Origin: Candidatus Levyibacteriota bacterium
Lineage (GTDB): Bacteria > Patescibacteriota > Microgenomatia > Levybacterales > UBA12049
Assembly: GCA_052034235.1 (NCBI GenBank)
Contig: JBPOIT010000005.1
Coordinates: forward strand, 177,698 to 241,697
Direction: 5' to 3'
DNA length: 64,000 bases
Shown here: one piece after another, positions 48,340 to 59,200 of the stretch
Position numbering within the stretch: the first letter of the stretch is position 1
Layout of the letters: every line of letters begins with the position of its first letter
Position numbers and translations under genes: made by a program
Notes under the pieces: model-generated
Databases searched by the model: none
The model's input: the letters and a program-made list of their open reading frames with translations, nothing else
What the model was told of the DNA's origin: nothing

Positions 48340-48432
48340 GAAATCCGAAATTCGAAACAAGCTAAAATTTCATAATTCAATAACACTCGTTATTGAACGA
48401 TGATTCTGAAATTTGTTTTTGTTTCGGATTTC
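48340..48432. repeat. Nested palindromic intergenic element with CGAAAT-type heptads
   Basis: GAAATCCGAAA...TTTCGGATTTC outer arms, AAATTTCA/TGAAATTT, inner TTCAATAAC-ACTC-GTTATTGAA. Confidence 0.75.
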
Positions 48433-48442
48433 AAGCTTAATT

Positions 48443-49336
48443 ATGACAATTTATAACGCTATTTCTTCTAATATCTGGAAAAGTTATCTTATCCTTTTCC
48501 TCTTTATCCTTTTTACGGCAACTGTTGCGTATGTCATCGTGCAGGGAGCAGGCTACGATCCTTCTTTAGGAATTTTTATTTTTATCGGTTCAGTCATTTA
48601 TAGTTTTATTAGCTATTTCAATGCAGACAAAATGGTACTCGCCACCTCAGGTGCAAAAGAAATTAAAAAGCACGATCACCCTGAACTTTTTAACCTCGTT
48701 GAAAATTTATCGATAGGTGAAGGCATGCCTATGCCCAAAATATATATCATGCATGACACGTCCCCAAACGCCTTCGCAACTGGCCGTGATCCAAAGCACG
48801 CAGCAGTCGCAGTCACGACTGGTATCCTTGAAAAATTAAATAAAACGGAACTTGAAGGTGTACTCGCACATGAACTTTCGCATATAAAAAATTATGATAC
48901 AAGACTTTTGGCAATAACAGCAGTATTGGTGGGTTTTATTTCACTGCTTGCTGATCTTTTTATGAGGCATATGTGGTGGGGAGGAATGAGAAATGATAGA
49001 AATAACAGATCAAGCAGCATTGTGCTTGTGGTGGCCATAGCACTGGCAATCCTTGCACCAGTTGTCGCAAGTCTTATACAGCTTGCAATATCACGCAGAC
49101 GTGAATTCCTCGCTGATGCATCAGGAGCACTTCTGACAAGGTATCCTGAAGGACTAGCGAGTGCCCTTGAAAAGATCTCAAGCGACCCAAAACCACTGAA
49201 AGCTGCCAACGGAGCAACTGCTCATTTATTTATCGTTAACCCCTTAAAAGGCAAAGGATTTTCAGGCTGGCTCACAAATCTATTCAGCACTCACCCACCA
49301 CTTGAAGAAAGAGTCCGAATCCTCAGATCAATGTAA
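48443..49336 (+). CDS. htpX: Zinc metalloprotease HtpX (M48)
   Basis: PNAFATGR, HELSH, SRRREFLAD, STHPP. Start placed at ATG 48443. Confidence 0.95.
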   Translation: MTIYNAISSNIWKSYLILFLFILFTATVAYVIVQGAGYDPSLGIFIFIGSVIYSFISYFNADKMVLATSGAKEIKKHDHPELFNLVENLSIGEGMPMPKIYIMHDTSPNAFATGRDPKHAAVAVTTGILEKLNKTELEGVLAHELSHIKNYDTRLLAITAVLVGFISLLADLFMRHMWWGGMRNDRNNRSSSIVLVVAIALAILAPVVASLIQLAISRRREFLADASGALLTRYPEGLASALEKISSDPKPLKAANGATAHLFIVNPLKGKGFSGWLTNLFSTHPPLEERVRILRSM

Positions 49337-49361
49337 GAAGAAACTTTAGTATAATAGAAAT

Positions 49362-50639
49362 ATGCTAAACAATACCCTCATTGCGATAGGCAAAACACTT
49401 TCAAAGACAAGCCGACTCATGAATCGTGGGAATGGTTCAACCTGGCCTGGACATATAGCGCTTAAGGGTAATAAACAATTTATCAAACAAATTCTTGACG
49501 CTTCAAAAATTAAAATTATTATTGTCGCGGGAACGAATGGGAAGACGACTACAGCAGCGTTAATTAAAACCAGCCTTGAGCACAATGGTTTTACTGTGTT
49601 GCAAAATGATTCTGGCGCAAATCTGCTCAACGGTATCGCTTCGACAATTTTATTAAACACCAATGTTTCCGGAAAACTCAATCATGATTACGCTATTTTT
49701 GAAGTCGATGAGAATGCATTGCCGCTCATTCTTAAGCAAGTAACTCCCGATTATTTATTACTCCTGAACCTTTTTCGAGACCAATTGGATAGATATGGCG
49801 AAGTAAATACAATCGCTAGCAAATGGAAAGACGCTATTAAAAATTTACCTGAAAAAACGAAACTAATACTCAATGCAAATGATCCTCAAATCGCCTTTTT
49901 AGGCAATGATTATACAGCAACATATTTCGGTATAGAAAACGCAACAGACAATCAAACACCGCAGCATGCAGCGGATTCAATTTATTGCCCAAGATGTAAT
50001 GAAAAGCTTACGTTTAAAGCAACATATTTCTCTCATATTGGCGATTGGTATTGCAAACACTGCAAACTAAATCGACCACAAATAACGAAATCACTTGCTG
50101 CTGAGTGCGGACTTTCAGGCATTTATAACCAGTTTAATATATTGGCTGCAACACTTGTGCTTAAGCAAACGGGATTAACCGAAAAGCAAATCGGTAATTC
50201 TCTCCTTGACTTCAAACCTGCTTTTGGTAGACAAGAGATCATAAAATATAAAGATAAAAACGTACAAATTTTTCTCTCAAAAAACCCGACGAGCTTCAAT
50301 CAGTCGTTTACCGCTATTAGAGATCAAGGTGCAAAAACACTTCTCATCGTTCTCAATGACAGAATTCCCGATGGACGCGATGTTTCCTGGATCTGGGATG
50401 TGGATTTACCAGGAATTGAAAATTTCAGCCAAATATTGCTCGCTGGTGATCGGGTCTATGATATGGCCTTGCGAGTGAAATATGAAGACTATAAAAACTA
50501 CCAGACCTTTGAAAATCTCGAAGAAGCAATTGAATCTGGGACACATGCTACCGCGCAAAACGAAACATTTTTTATCCTCCCCACGTACTCTGCTATGCTT
50601 GAAGTCAGAAAAATTTTAACAGGTAAAAAAATATTATGA
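49362..50639 (+). CDS. murT: Lipid II isoglutaminyl synthase subunit MurT
   Basis: GTNGKTTT, FRDQLDRYGE, two CxxC motifs, KNP, DGRDVSWIWD, TYSAM. Confidence 0.92.
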   Translation: MLNNTLIAIGKTLSKTSRLMNRGNGSTWPGHIALKGNKQFIKQILDASKIKIIIVAGTNGKTTTAALIKTSLEHNGFTVLQNDSGANLLNGIASTILLNTNVSGKLNHDYAIFEVDENALPLILKQVTPDYLLLLNLFRDQLDRYGEVNTIASKWKDAIKNLPEKTKLILNANDPQIAFLGNDYTATYFGIENATDNQTPQHAADSIYCPRCNEKLTFKATYFSHIGDWYCKHCKLNRPQITKSLAAECGLSGIYNQFNILAATLVLKQTGLTEKQIGNSLLDFKPAFGRQEIIKYKDKNVQIFLSKNPTSFNQSFTAIRDQGAKTLLIVLNDRIPDGRDVSWIWDVDLPGIENFSQILLAGDRVYDMALRVKYEDYKNYQTFENLEEAIESGTHATAQNETFFILPTYSAMLEVRKILTGKKIL

Positions 50640-51424
50640 AACAAAATTTTCATCTCAAAATCGGTTGGCTTTACCCTGAGCTCATGAGCACATACGGAGA
50701 TAGAGGGAATGTGACTGTCCTACAAAAAAGAGCTGAGTGGCGTGGCATTAAAGTTACAATACAAAAGATTGATGCTGCTACAACAGATGCAGAGTTAAGA
50801 TCAATTGATCTGCTTTTCGGCGGCGGGGCACAAGACCGTGAACAAGAAATTGTCATTGAAAACCTCAAAAAGAAGCAAAAACTTATAAAAGAACTTATCG
50901 AAAAAAATATCCCTGCACTTTTCGTTTGTGGTGCACCACAACTCATGGGTAACTATTATGAACCTGCAGAGGGTAAACGAATTGAAGGTTTGGGTATTTT
51001 TGATATGTACACGGAGCATCCAGGCGTAAATAAACCAAGACTTATCGGAAATCTCGCGGCAGAAATAATCTTGGAAAATATAAAAACGAGTCCATATACG
51101 ATTGATCCAAATCCACTTCTTGTAGGTTTTGAAAATCATGGCGGTAGAACATATTTAGGAGCTCTCGCCAAACCACTGGCTAAAGTCATTAAAGGTTTCG
51201 GTAATAATGGCGAAGACGAAACCGAAGGTGTTGTGTATAAAAACGCTATTGGCTGTTACCTTCACGGTCCTCTACTCCCAAAGAATCCCGGCCTTGCTGA
51301 TTGGCTTATTACAAAAGCGCTCGAGGTAAAATATGAGAAACACATAAAACTTGAAGTCCTTGACGATACTATTGAAGACAAGGCTAAGTCAACAATTGCG
51401 AAGAGGCTGGGTGTTGCGCTATAA
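50636..51424 (+). CDS. gatD: Glutamine amidotransferase GatD (CobQ-like)
   Basis: LYPE..STYGDRGN, GGGAQD.EQ, VCG..QL.G, GFENHGG, YLHGPLLPKNP. Confidence 0.92.
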   Translation: MKQNFHLKIGWLYPELMSTYGDRGNVTVLQKRAEWRGIKVTIQKIDAATTDAELRSIDLLFGGGAQDREQEIVIENLKKKQKLIKELIEKNIPALFVCGAPQLMGNYYEPAEGKRIEGLGIFDMYTEHPGVNKPRLIGNLAAEIILENIKTSPYTIDPNPLLVGFENHGGRTYLGALAKPLAKVIKGFGNNGEDETEGVVYKNAIGCYLHGPLLPKNPGLADWLITKALEVKYEKHIKLEVLDDTIEDKAKSTIAKRLGVAL

Positions 51425-51431
51425 TACCGTC

Positions 51432-51716
51432 ATGAAACTCAATGTTCCCCATATCGCCAAACTCGCTAACCTCCCACTTTCTGACGAGGAAATGAAAAAG
51501 TTTGAATCCCAACTTGAGGAAACATTAACCTATGTCGACAGTCTTTCGGAAATAAACACTGATAAAGTAAAACCTACTTCAAACGTCACAGGACTTGAAA
51601 ATATTTTACGAGAAGACATTGCTCACCCATCGCTCACACAAAAACAAGCACTTTCAAATGGGAAAAACATACTTAAAGGTTCATTTGAAGTAGACGCTAT
51701 TTTAGATAATGCCTAA
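51432..51716 (+). CDS. gatC: Asp/Glu-tRNA amidotransferase subunit C
   Basis: HIAKLANL, LREDI. Start placed at ATG 51432 (TATAAT-N6-ATG). Confidence 0.9.
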   Translation: MKLNVPHIAKLANLPLSDEEMKKFESQLEETLTYVDSLSEINTDKVKPTSNVTGLENILREDIAHPSLTQKQALSNGKNILKGSFEVDAILDNA

Positions 51717-52326
51717 GCAAACACAAACAACGTTTTACATAGTCAGACACGGACAGACAGATTGGAATATAGAAAAAAAATTACAGGGACATACTGATGT
51801 TCCTTTAAATGAAACTGGAGAAATACAAGCAAAGGAACTGAGTTCGAAACTCGAAACAATAAAATTTGATTTGGCTTTTTCTTCAGATCTGTTACGGGCA
51901 AAGCGGACAGCGCAGGTAATAGCGCTTGAACAGAAATTAGCGGTCCAAACAACAGAGGTTTTACGCGAAAGAATGTTTGGAAAATTCGAGGGGCAACCAT
52001 ATAGTGCCCGGGACTCGTATTATGTATTTTTAGGAGAGTTGACACATGAGCAACGAATACATCATAAAATTGAGCCTGATATCGAAAGCGATAACGAACT
52101 AGTAACCCGTTTGATTACTTTTTTACGAGAAACAGCAGTAGTGAGTCCTGGGAAAACAATTCTTGTAGTAACGCATGGTGGACCGATACATGTACTGTTG
52201 AGACATTTTGGAGTTTTTAGTTATCAGGATAAGATTAAGGTCGGAAATACAGCGTATATTAGATTACTTTCTGACGGAGTTGATTTTTTTGTTAAGGAAC
52301 TTAATGGCATAAATCAAGTAAAATAA
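51709..52326 (+). CDS. Histidine phosphatase family protein
   Basis: RHGQTDWN, SSDL.RA..TA, LRE..FG, VTHGG. Confidence 0.88.
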   Translation: MPKQTQTTFYIVRHGQTDWNIEKKLQGHTDVPLNETGEIQAKELSSKLETIKFDLAFSSDLLRAKRTAQVIALEQKLAVQTTEVLRERMFGKFEGQPYSARDSYYVFLGELTHEQRIHHKIEPDIESDNELVTRLITFLRETAVVSPGKTILVVTHGGPIHVLLRHFGVFSYQDKIKVGNTAYIRLLSDGVDFFVKELNGINQVK

Positions 52327-52336
52327 CTTATAAAAT

Positions 52337-53749
52337 ATGGATATTAAATCACTAACCATTACACAGACACTTGAAGATCTGAAGAATAAAAAATATTCTT
52401 CTGTCGAGCTAACAAAAGCATATTTAAAGCGCATTAAAGAGCTTGAACCAAAAATCAATGCGTTTGTGACAGTAACTGAAGAGGAAGCATTGAAAAATGC
52501 AAAAGATGCTGATGATAAGCGTTCAAAAAGTGTTGACGGAGCACTCCTTGGTGTTCCGCTTTCAATCAAAGATAACTTCTCAACAAACGGTATTCGTACA
52601 ACTGCATCAAGTAAAGTGTTGGATGATTACATTCCCCCATTTGACTCAACAGTCGTAACCAAACTCAAAGAAGCAGGCATCGTCATGCTCGGCAAAACAA
52701 ATATGGACGCCTGGGCACATGGTTCATCGACTGAAACTTCAGATTATGGCTCAAGCCGTAATCCGTGGAATACGAATCATTTACCTGGAGGTTCATCAGG
52801 TGGAGCAGCAGCGAGTATTGCAGCTGACGAAGCTGTCGCTGCAATTGGCTCTGAAACAGCAGGCTCAATTCGCCAACCAGCCAGTTGGTGCGGAGTTGTA
52901 GGTTTAAAGCCCACATACGGCCGTGTAAGCCGCTACGGCGTGGTTGCAATGGGTTCGTCACTAGATAGCCCGGGACCAATCACTAAAACCGTTGAAGACA
53001 GTGCACTCATATTACAAGTCCTGGCTGGTCAGGATCCGCATGATGCGACCACATCGCCGAATGCTGTACCTGATTACCTCAAAAATCTTAAAAAAGATAT
53101 ACACGGTTTAAAGATTGGTATATCAGAAGATTATTTTGAAGGCGTTGATCCAGAAGTAAAAGCTGCTGTAGAGGATGCAATCAAGCTTTTCGAGAAACTG
53201 GGGGCAAAGGTGAAAAAGATCAAACTCTTCCATCCAAAATACGCAATCGCAGTCTATACTATTCTTCAAAGAGCTGAGGTTTCGTCAAACCTAGCCAGGT
53301 ACGATGGTATACGGTATGGCAATGATCGTTCACATTTTGGCGACGAAGCCAAACGCCGAGTTATGCTGGGGGCATATACCCTTTCAGCTGGATATTACGA
53401 TCAATATTACAATAAGGCATTAAAAGTTAGAACCGTCATCATCGATGACTTCAATAAAGCTTTTAATGACGTCGATGTCATCGTTGGACCGACAAGTCCC
53501 ACAACTTCGCTTGCAATAGGCGCATCTGAAAACCAATCAATGTTTGGAGAACTGGCTGACGTCTTGGTCGAACCATCATCAATTGCCGGTCTTTCGGGAA
53601 TTAATGTGCCAGTTGGGTTTAATAAAGCAGGATTACCGATCGGTATGCAGATCATCGGACAACAATTTGCAGAAGAAATCGTATTAAATGCAGCCTACAA
53701 ATATGAACAAGAAAACCCGATTGTACTGACGAAAAAACCAAAATTATGA
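52337..53749 (+). CDS. gatA: Asp/Glu-tRNA amidotransferase subunit A
   Basis: IKDN, PGGSSGG, GSIRQPAS, SSNLARYDGIRYG. Confidence 0.96.
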   Translation: MDIKSLTITQTLEDLKNKKYSSVELTKAYLKRIKELEPKINAFVTVTEEEALKNAKDADDKRSKSVDGALLGVPLSIKDNFSTNGIRTTASSKVLDDYIPPFDSTVVTKLKEAGIVMLGKTNMDAWAHGSSTETSDYGSSRNPWNTNHLPGGSSGGAAASIAADEAVAAIGSETAGSIRQPASWCGVVGLKPTYGRVSRYGVVAMGSSLDSPGPITKTVEDSALILQVLAGQDPHDATTSPNAVPDYLKNLKKDIHGLKIGISEDYFEGVDPEVKAAVEDAIKLFEKLGAKVKKIKLFHPKYAIAVYTILQRAEVSSNLARYDGIRYGNDRSHFGDEAKRRVMLGAYTLSAGYYDQYYNKALKVRTVIIDDFNKAFNDVDVIVGPTSPTTSLAIGASENQSMFGELADVLVEPSSIAGLSGINVPVGFNKAGLPIGMQIIGQQFAEEIVLNAAYKYEQENPIVLTKKPKL

Positions 53750-55065
53750 GTAAATATACACCAATCATCGGCCTTGAAGTCCATGTAGAGTTAAAAACAA
53801 ACAGCAAAATGTTTTGTTCATGCCCTGCTGACTATTTTGGCAAAGATCCAAACAGCCATACTTGTCCTGTATGTCTCGGACTTCCAGGAGCCCTTCCTGT
53901 ACCAAATAAGAAAGCTATCGAGTGGTGTATAAAAATTTCCCACGCCTTAAATTGCAAGATAAATTCGTTCTCAAAATTTGATCGAAAGAACTATTACTAC
54001 CCAGATCTTGCCAAAGGATATCAAATCAGCCAATATGACTTACCATTCGGTTATGAAGGCTCCATCAAACTTTCCACAGGTAAAACGATCAGAATTACCC
54101 GGGTTCACATGGAGGAAGATACTGGCAAGCTTACTCATCAGGAAGTGAAAGGGCAAAAGACCAGTCTCATCGACTTTAACCGCAGTGGCGTGCCACTTGT
54201 TGAGATTGTTACAGAGCCAGATTTCCATGATGCGCTTGAAGTGAAGGAATACCTCCAGAAACTGCAGCAAATTGTCAGATATTTGGATGTCTCAAATGCA
54301 GACATGGACAAAGGTGAAATGCGACTTGAGCCAAATATCTCACTATCTACTGACCCAAAAAAATTACCAAATTATAAAGTCGAGGTAAAGAATATTAACT
54401 CGTTTAGTTTTGTCGAAAAAGCGATAAGATATGAAATAAAACGACAGGAAGAGATTCTTGAAGAAGGAAATCGCCCAGCACAAGAGACAAGAGGTTGGGA
54501 TGAGAATCGTCAAAAAACATTCTCACAAAGATCAAAAGAAGAAGCACATGATTACAGATATTTCCCTGAGCCAGATATTCCACCTATTATAACCTCAAAA
54601 GAGGATATTAGCAGACTAAAGTCTGAAGTGCCAGAATTACCGGAGAAAAAACTTATACGGTTTATCAAAGAATTTAGCCTCCCAGAATACGATGCAGAGA
54701 TACTCACACGAGAAAAACCATTAGCAGATTTCTTTGAAGAGGCAGTAAAAGCCGGTACTGAACAAAAAATCAAACCAAAGGAAATCGCCAATTTTATCAT
54801 CAATAAAAAAGTTGCACATCCAGAAATGACGGCACTTACTCTGGTAAATCAATTAGTCGCATCGAAAAAAACTGATGATATTGATGAAGTTGCTTTGAAA
54901 AAAATAATTGAAGAAGTACTTAGCGAAAATGTAAAGCCAGTTGAAGAATACAAGAACGGTAAAGAACAAGTACTCATGTTCCTCGTCGGTCAGACAATGA
55001 AAAAAATCGGAAAGAAAGTAGACGTGAACAAAGTAAAAATAACACTAAAAAAATCCCTCAAATAG
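53746..55065 (+). CDS. gatB: Asp/Glu-tRNA amidotransferase subunit B
   Basis: IGLEVHVEL, RKNYYYPD, HMEED.GK, DYRYFPEPD. Confidence 0.96.
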   Translation: MSKYTPIIGLEVHVELKTNSKMFCSCPADYFGKDPNSHTCPVCLGLPGALPVPNKKAIEWCIKISHALNCKINSFSKFDRKNYYYPDLAKGYQISQYDLPFGYEGSIKLSTGKTIRITRVHMEEDTGKLTHQEVKGQKTSLIDFNRSGVPLVEIVTEPDFHDALEVKEYLQKLQQIVRYLDVSNADMDKGEMRLEPNISLSTDPKKLPNYKVEVKNINSFSFVEKAIRYEIKRQEEILEEGNRPAQETRGWDENRQKTFSQRSKEEAHDYRYFPEPDIPPIITSKEDISRLKSEVPELPEKKLIRFIKEFSLPEYDAEILTREKPLADFFEEAVKAGTEQKIKPKEIANFIINKKVAHPEMTALTLVNQLVASKKTDDIDEVALKKIIEEVLSENVKPVEEYKNGKEQVLMFLVGQTMKKIGKKVDVNKVKITLKKSLK

Positions 55066-55113
55066 TAAAGTACTATTGATTACTCGTACAAAAATTGCTA
55101 ATGTTGTACTATT

Positions 55114-56172
55114 ATGCCTGAAGAACAAAATACCCATGATATTACTCATCCTGAACCAGTTCTAGGAAGTCTTCTTGCAGAACCTACTCAAGTTAAACCA
55201 TTAGTTCGTCAAGGAGAGCGAAGGCGTCATGAACGACCAACAGGGCCAGAAACAGCAAAGCAAGATGAACAATTTAGAAGAGTAATATTAATACATAAAA
55301 GATTTGGAGATGATCCTGCATTTAGAGAACTTTTTTATGAAAGAACCTCTGAGGCTCTCGAAAGATTAAAAACACTCATGCCTTCGCGTGAGACCCAAAC
55401 AGAAACGGGAGACCAAGAATTGAGCATAATTGCTGAAGTTGAAGCAACTTTCTTAGCAGAAAAAGAAATGCTGAAAAATGCAGCCGAAAAAGATAGTATA
55501 ACTGATCCATTAACAGGAGCATACAACAGAAGAGGTTTTGATCAAAAATTACTAGAAGCATTTGACGGTGTGAGAACATCAGGTAAGAGTGCAACATTAG
55601 CCGAATTGGACTTAGATCATTTTAAGAGAGTCAATGACACACTTGGACACGACGGGGGAGATATTGTTTTGGAAAAAACTGTTGAGTTTTTGAAACAAGT
55701 TTTAGGTGACAAAGGCTACATCGGACGATATGGAGGCGAAGAATTTTATATTCTTTTTCAAAACATGAATCCTCAAGAAACGAAAGATTTTCTTGAAGGC
55801 ATACGCGGAGATATGCCTAAATTTTTAAGGACACAACTCTCAGAAAAACAAATAAATACAGATCATCAACTTACTGCTAGCTGGGGTGTTGCGGCATTAT
55901 CTGCGGAGACTTCAATAGAAGATGCCAAGAAGGCTACAGATACCGCTCTTTACGCAGCTAAACAAAACGGAAGAAACCGGGTCGTCTCTTTTGAAGATAT
56001 TGAACTTGAAGAAAGAGCAGAATTGAACAACGCGGTTGAAAGCATTAAACAGCGTGCTGATCTTGCTGCAAAGGAGTTAATACGTAGAATGGAAGAATCT
56101 CCATATACAAGATGGCAAAATCGACAAGTATCACCTTCGATTCCTCTTCCTGAGGAACCGCAAAAAATATAA
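55114..56172 (+). CDS. Diguanylate cyclase (GGDEF domain)
   Basis: DPLTG.YNRR, DLDHFKRVND..GH..GD, RYGGEEF, K.NGRN. Confidence 0.9.
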   Translation: MPEEQNTHDITHPEPVLGSLLAEPTQVKPLVRQGERRRHERPTGPETAKQDEQFRRVILIHKRFGDDPAFRELFYERTSEALERLKTLMPSRETQTETGDQELSIIAEVEATFLAEKEMLKNAAEKDSITDPLTGAYNRRGFDQKLLEAFDGVRTSGKSATLAELDLDHFKRVNDTLGHDGGDIVLEKTVEFLKQVLGDKGYIGRYGGEEFYILFQNMNPQETKDFLEGIRGDMPKFLRTQLSEKQINTDHQLTASWGVAALSAETSIEDAKKATDTALYAAKQNGRNRVVSFEDIELEERAELNNAVESIKQRADLAAKELIRRMEESPYTRWQNRQVSPSIPLPEEPQKI

Positions 56173-56250
56173 ATAAATAAATTTTTTGTTAAAAACCATG
56201 AATACTTATTTGAAGAACAGCCATGCAAAATTCTGTTATAATTAATTTGC

Positions 56251-59200
56251 ATGTCAAAGTTTGTTCATCTTCATAACCACTCTGAATTTTCTCTTCTTGA
56301 CGGACTCCAGAAAACAAAAAATATGGTCGCATATGCAAAAGAACTTGGGATGGAAGCGCTTGCAATTACCGACCATGGGAACATGTACGGTACCATAAAG
56401 TTTTATAAAGCTTGCATGGATGCGGGGATTAAACCGATAATTGGCTGTGAAATTTACGTCGCCAAACGTTCACTTCATGATAAAGAAAAAGATGTCGACA
56501 AAAATTATAACCATTTGATTCTACTCGCGGAAAATGATCAAGGCTATAAAAATCTTATGAAGATTGTCACAGTAGCCAATCTCGAAGGTTACTACTACAA
56601 ACCACGCACTGATCTTGAACTTCTCAAAAAATATCATGAGGGTATTATTTGTCTGAGTGCATGCGTGAATGGCTATGTCTCAGAACCAATTATGCATGGC
56701 GATGATGCTGAAGGAGAAAAACGAGCACTCAAATTAGCCGAGATTTTCGGCCCCGATCATTTTTATCTCGAAATTCAACATCATCTAGATGTCCCTCCTC
56801 AAGAGCCTGTCAATGAAAAACTGATTGCACTCTCCAAAAAACTTGGACTCCCACTCGTTGCAACAAATGATAATCATTACACTCGAAAAGACGACGCTGA
56901 AGCACAAGAGGCACTTCTTTGTATTCAAACACAATCCACACTGCTTGATAAGAACAGAAAACTCTCAATGGTCTCCTCCCCTGACTTTTATATCAAGAGT
57001 GCCGAAGAAATGGAGAAATTATTTATCGAAACTCCGGAAGCAATTGAAAACGCAAATAAAATAGCTGAGCGATGCAATGTTGAAATAATACTTGGCAAAT
57101 GGCATATGCCAGTTTTTGAAGTCCCAGAAGGATTAACACCTGCTGAATATTTAACTCAGCTTGTGTATGAAGGTGCCGAAATACGATACAAAACGATTAC
57201 AGAAGACATTAAGGAACGTATTGAGTATGAGCTTTCAATCATCACCAAGAAAAAATATGAAACATATTTTCTCGTGGTTTCTGATTTTGTGAATTGGGCA
57301 AAAGATCAAGGAATTGCTGTCGGGCCAGGAAGAGGATCGGCTGCCGGTTCGGTCGTTGCTTACACACTAAGGATTACTGATGCTGATCCATTTTTCTTTA
57401 ATTTACCATTTGAAAGATTCCTTAACCCATATCGCCCATCAGCTCCAGATATTGATTTGGACTTTGCAGACATCAGACGTGAAGAAGTTATCGCCTATGT
57501 TACTAAAAAGTACGGCGCAGATAAAGTCGCACAGATCATTACTTTTGGTACGATGGAAGCCAAAGGTGCCGTGCGTGATGTCGGGCGTGTTATGGGTATG
57601 CCATATGCGGGACCTGACAGGATTTCTAAAATGATTCCTCCAGGTTGGCAAGGACAATCTATGACTATTGATAACGCACTGACGCAAAGTATTGATCTGA
57701 AACGGGCATACGAAAGCGAACCTGAAACAAAAAAGCTATTAAATCTAGCAAAAAAACTTGAGGGTGTTGCACGCCATGCATCAGTTCATGCAGCGGGTGT
57801 GGTGATCGCAGATAAGCCGCTTACAGAGTACACACCCCTACAGCGAGAAACGAACGGTGAAAAAGTCGTAACACAATACGATATGTACACGGTTGGTGAA
57901 GACGGCGTGGGTTTGTTAAAGATGGACTTTTTGGGTCTACGCAATTTAACGATTATCGAAGAAACTATTAAATTTATCAAAGAAAATCAAAACGTCGATA
58001 TAGACTTTACCAAAGTTGATATCACAGACGAAAAAACGTACAAACTCCTATCAGAAGGTGAAACAACAGGTATCTTCCAGCTAGAATCTGCAGGCATGAG
58101 AAGGTACATTAAAGAACTCAAACCCACATCGATATTTGATCTGCAGGCAATGGTTGCCTTGTATCGTCCAGGGCCAATGGCAAACATACCTGAATTTATT
58201 AAACGCAAACATAATCCTGAACTTATTGCATACCCTTTTCCTCAACTAAAAGAAATTCTGAAACAATCATACGGCGTGCTCACCTATCAGGATGACGTGC
58301 TGCTCTCAGTTATTGAACTAGCAGGTTATACCTGGCTTGAGGTGGACAAATTCCGAAAAGCCATGGGTAAAAAAATTGCGAGTGAAATGAAAAAGCAGGC
58401 TGAGTTATTTATTCAGGGCTGTGTTAAAAATGGTTTAACGCTGAAACAAGCTGAAGGTTTTTATGAGCTCATTGCTCCATTTGCAGGATACGGGTTTAAC
58501 AAAGCTCACGCCGCTTGTTATGCAATTATCGCTTTTCGAACAGCATATTTAAAGGCAAACTTCCCAGTTGAATTTATGTCGGCACTTCTGACAGCTGAAT
58601 CGAGAGGTACTTCCGGTCCGCAAAAAAACGAGAAAGTCAGCCAAGCAGTTGCAGAATGTAAACGACTAGGAGTTCCAATCCTCCCTCCACACATTAATAA
58701 ATCACGAACAGACTTTTCAATTGAAGACAAAACACAAGTGCGCTTCGGGCTCTCTGCTATCAAAAACGTCGGAGCAGCAGCTATTGAAACGATAATTCAA
58801 GCCCGAACCGAAAAAAAGTTTACTTCTTTTCAAGATTTTTGTATGCGCGTCAATCTAAGCACCGTCAATAAAAAAACTATGGAAAGTTTGATAAAAGCCG
58901 GAGCCATGGATAAATTTGGTAACAGAGCATCGCTTCTTATTACACTTCCTGAAATAGTCAGTAAAGTTAGTCAATTAAAAAAGCAAAGCGCTGAAGGACA
59001 GGTTTCTCTTTTTGAAGAAGAAGAAAGTTCTGCTGAAGAAATAACTTTTACAAAAGTTGATGTTGATGATTTTACAAAAATTGAGAAATTAAACTTCGAA
59101 AAAGAGTTTTTTGGGTTTTATCTTACCTCACACCCGCATATGGATACACTATCTGCAATTAAACAATATATTACTCACGAAATAGATCTACTAGAAGAAG

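Noticed and set aside
49362-55065. Functional link between murT-gatD and gatCAB
   Set aside because: The shared gat name is coincidental (lipid II amidation versus tRNA transamidation), and gatC has its own -10 signature.
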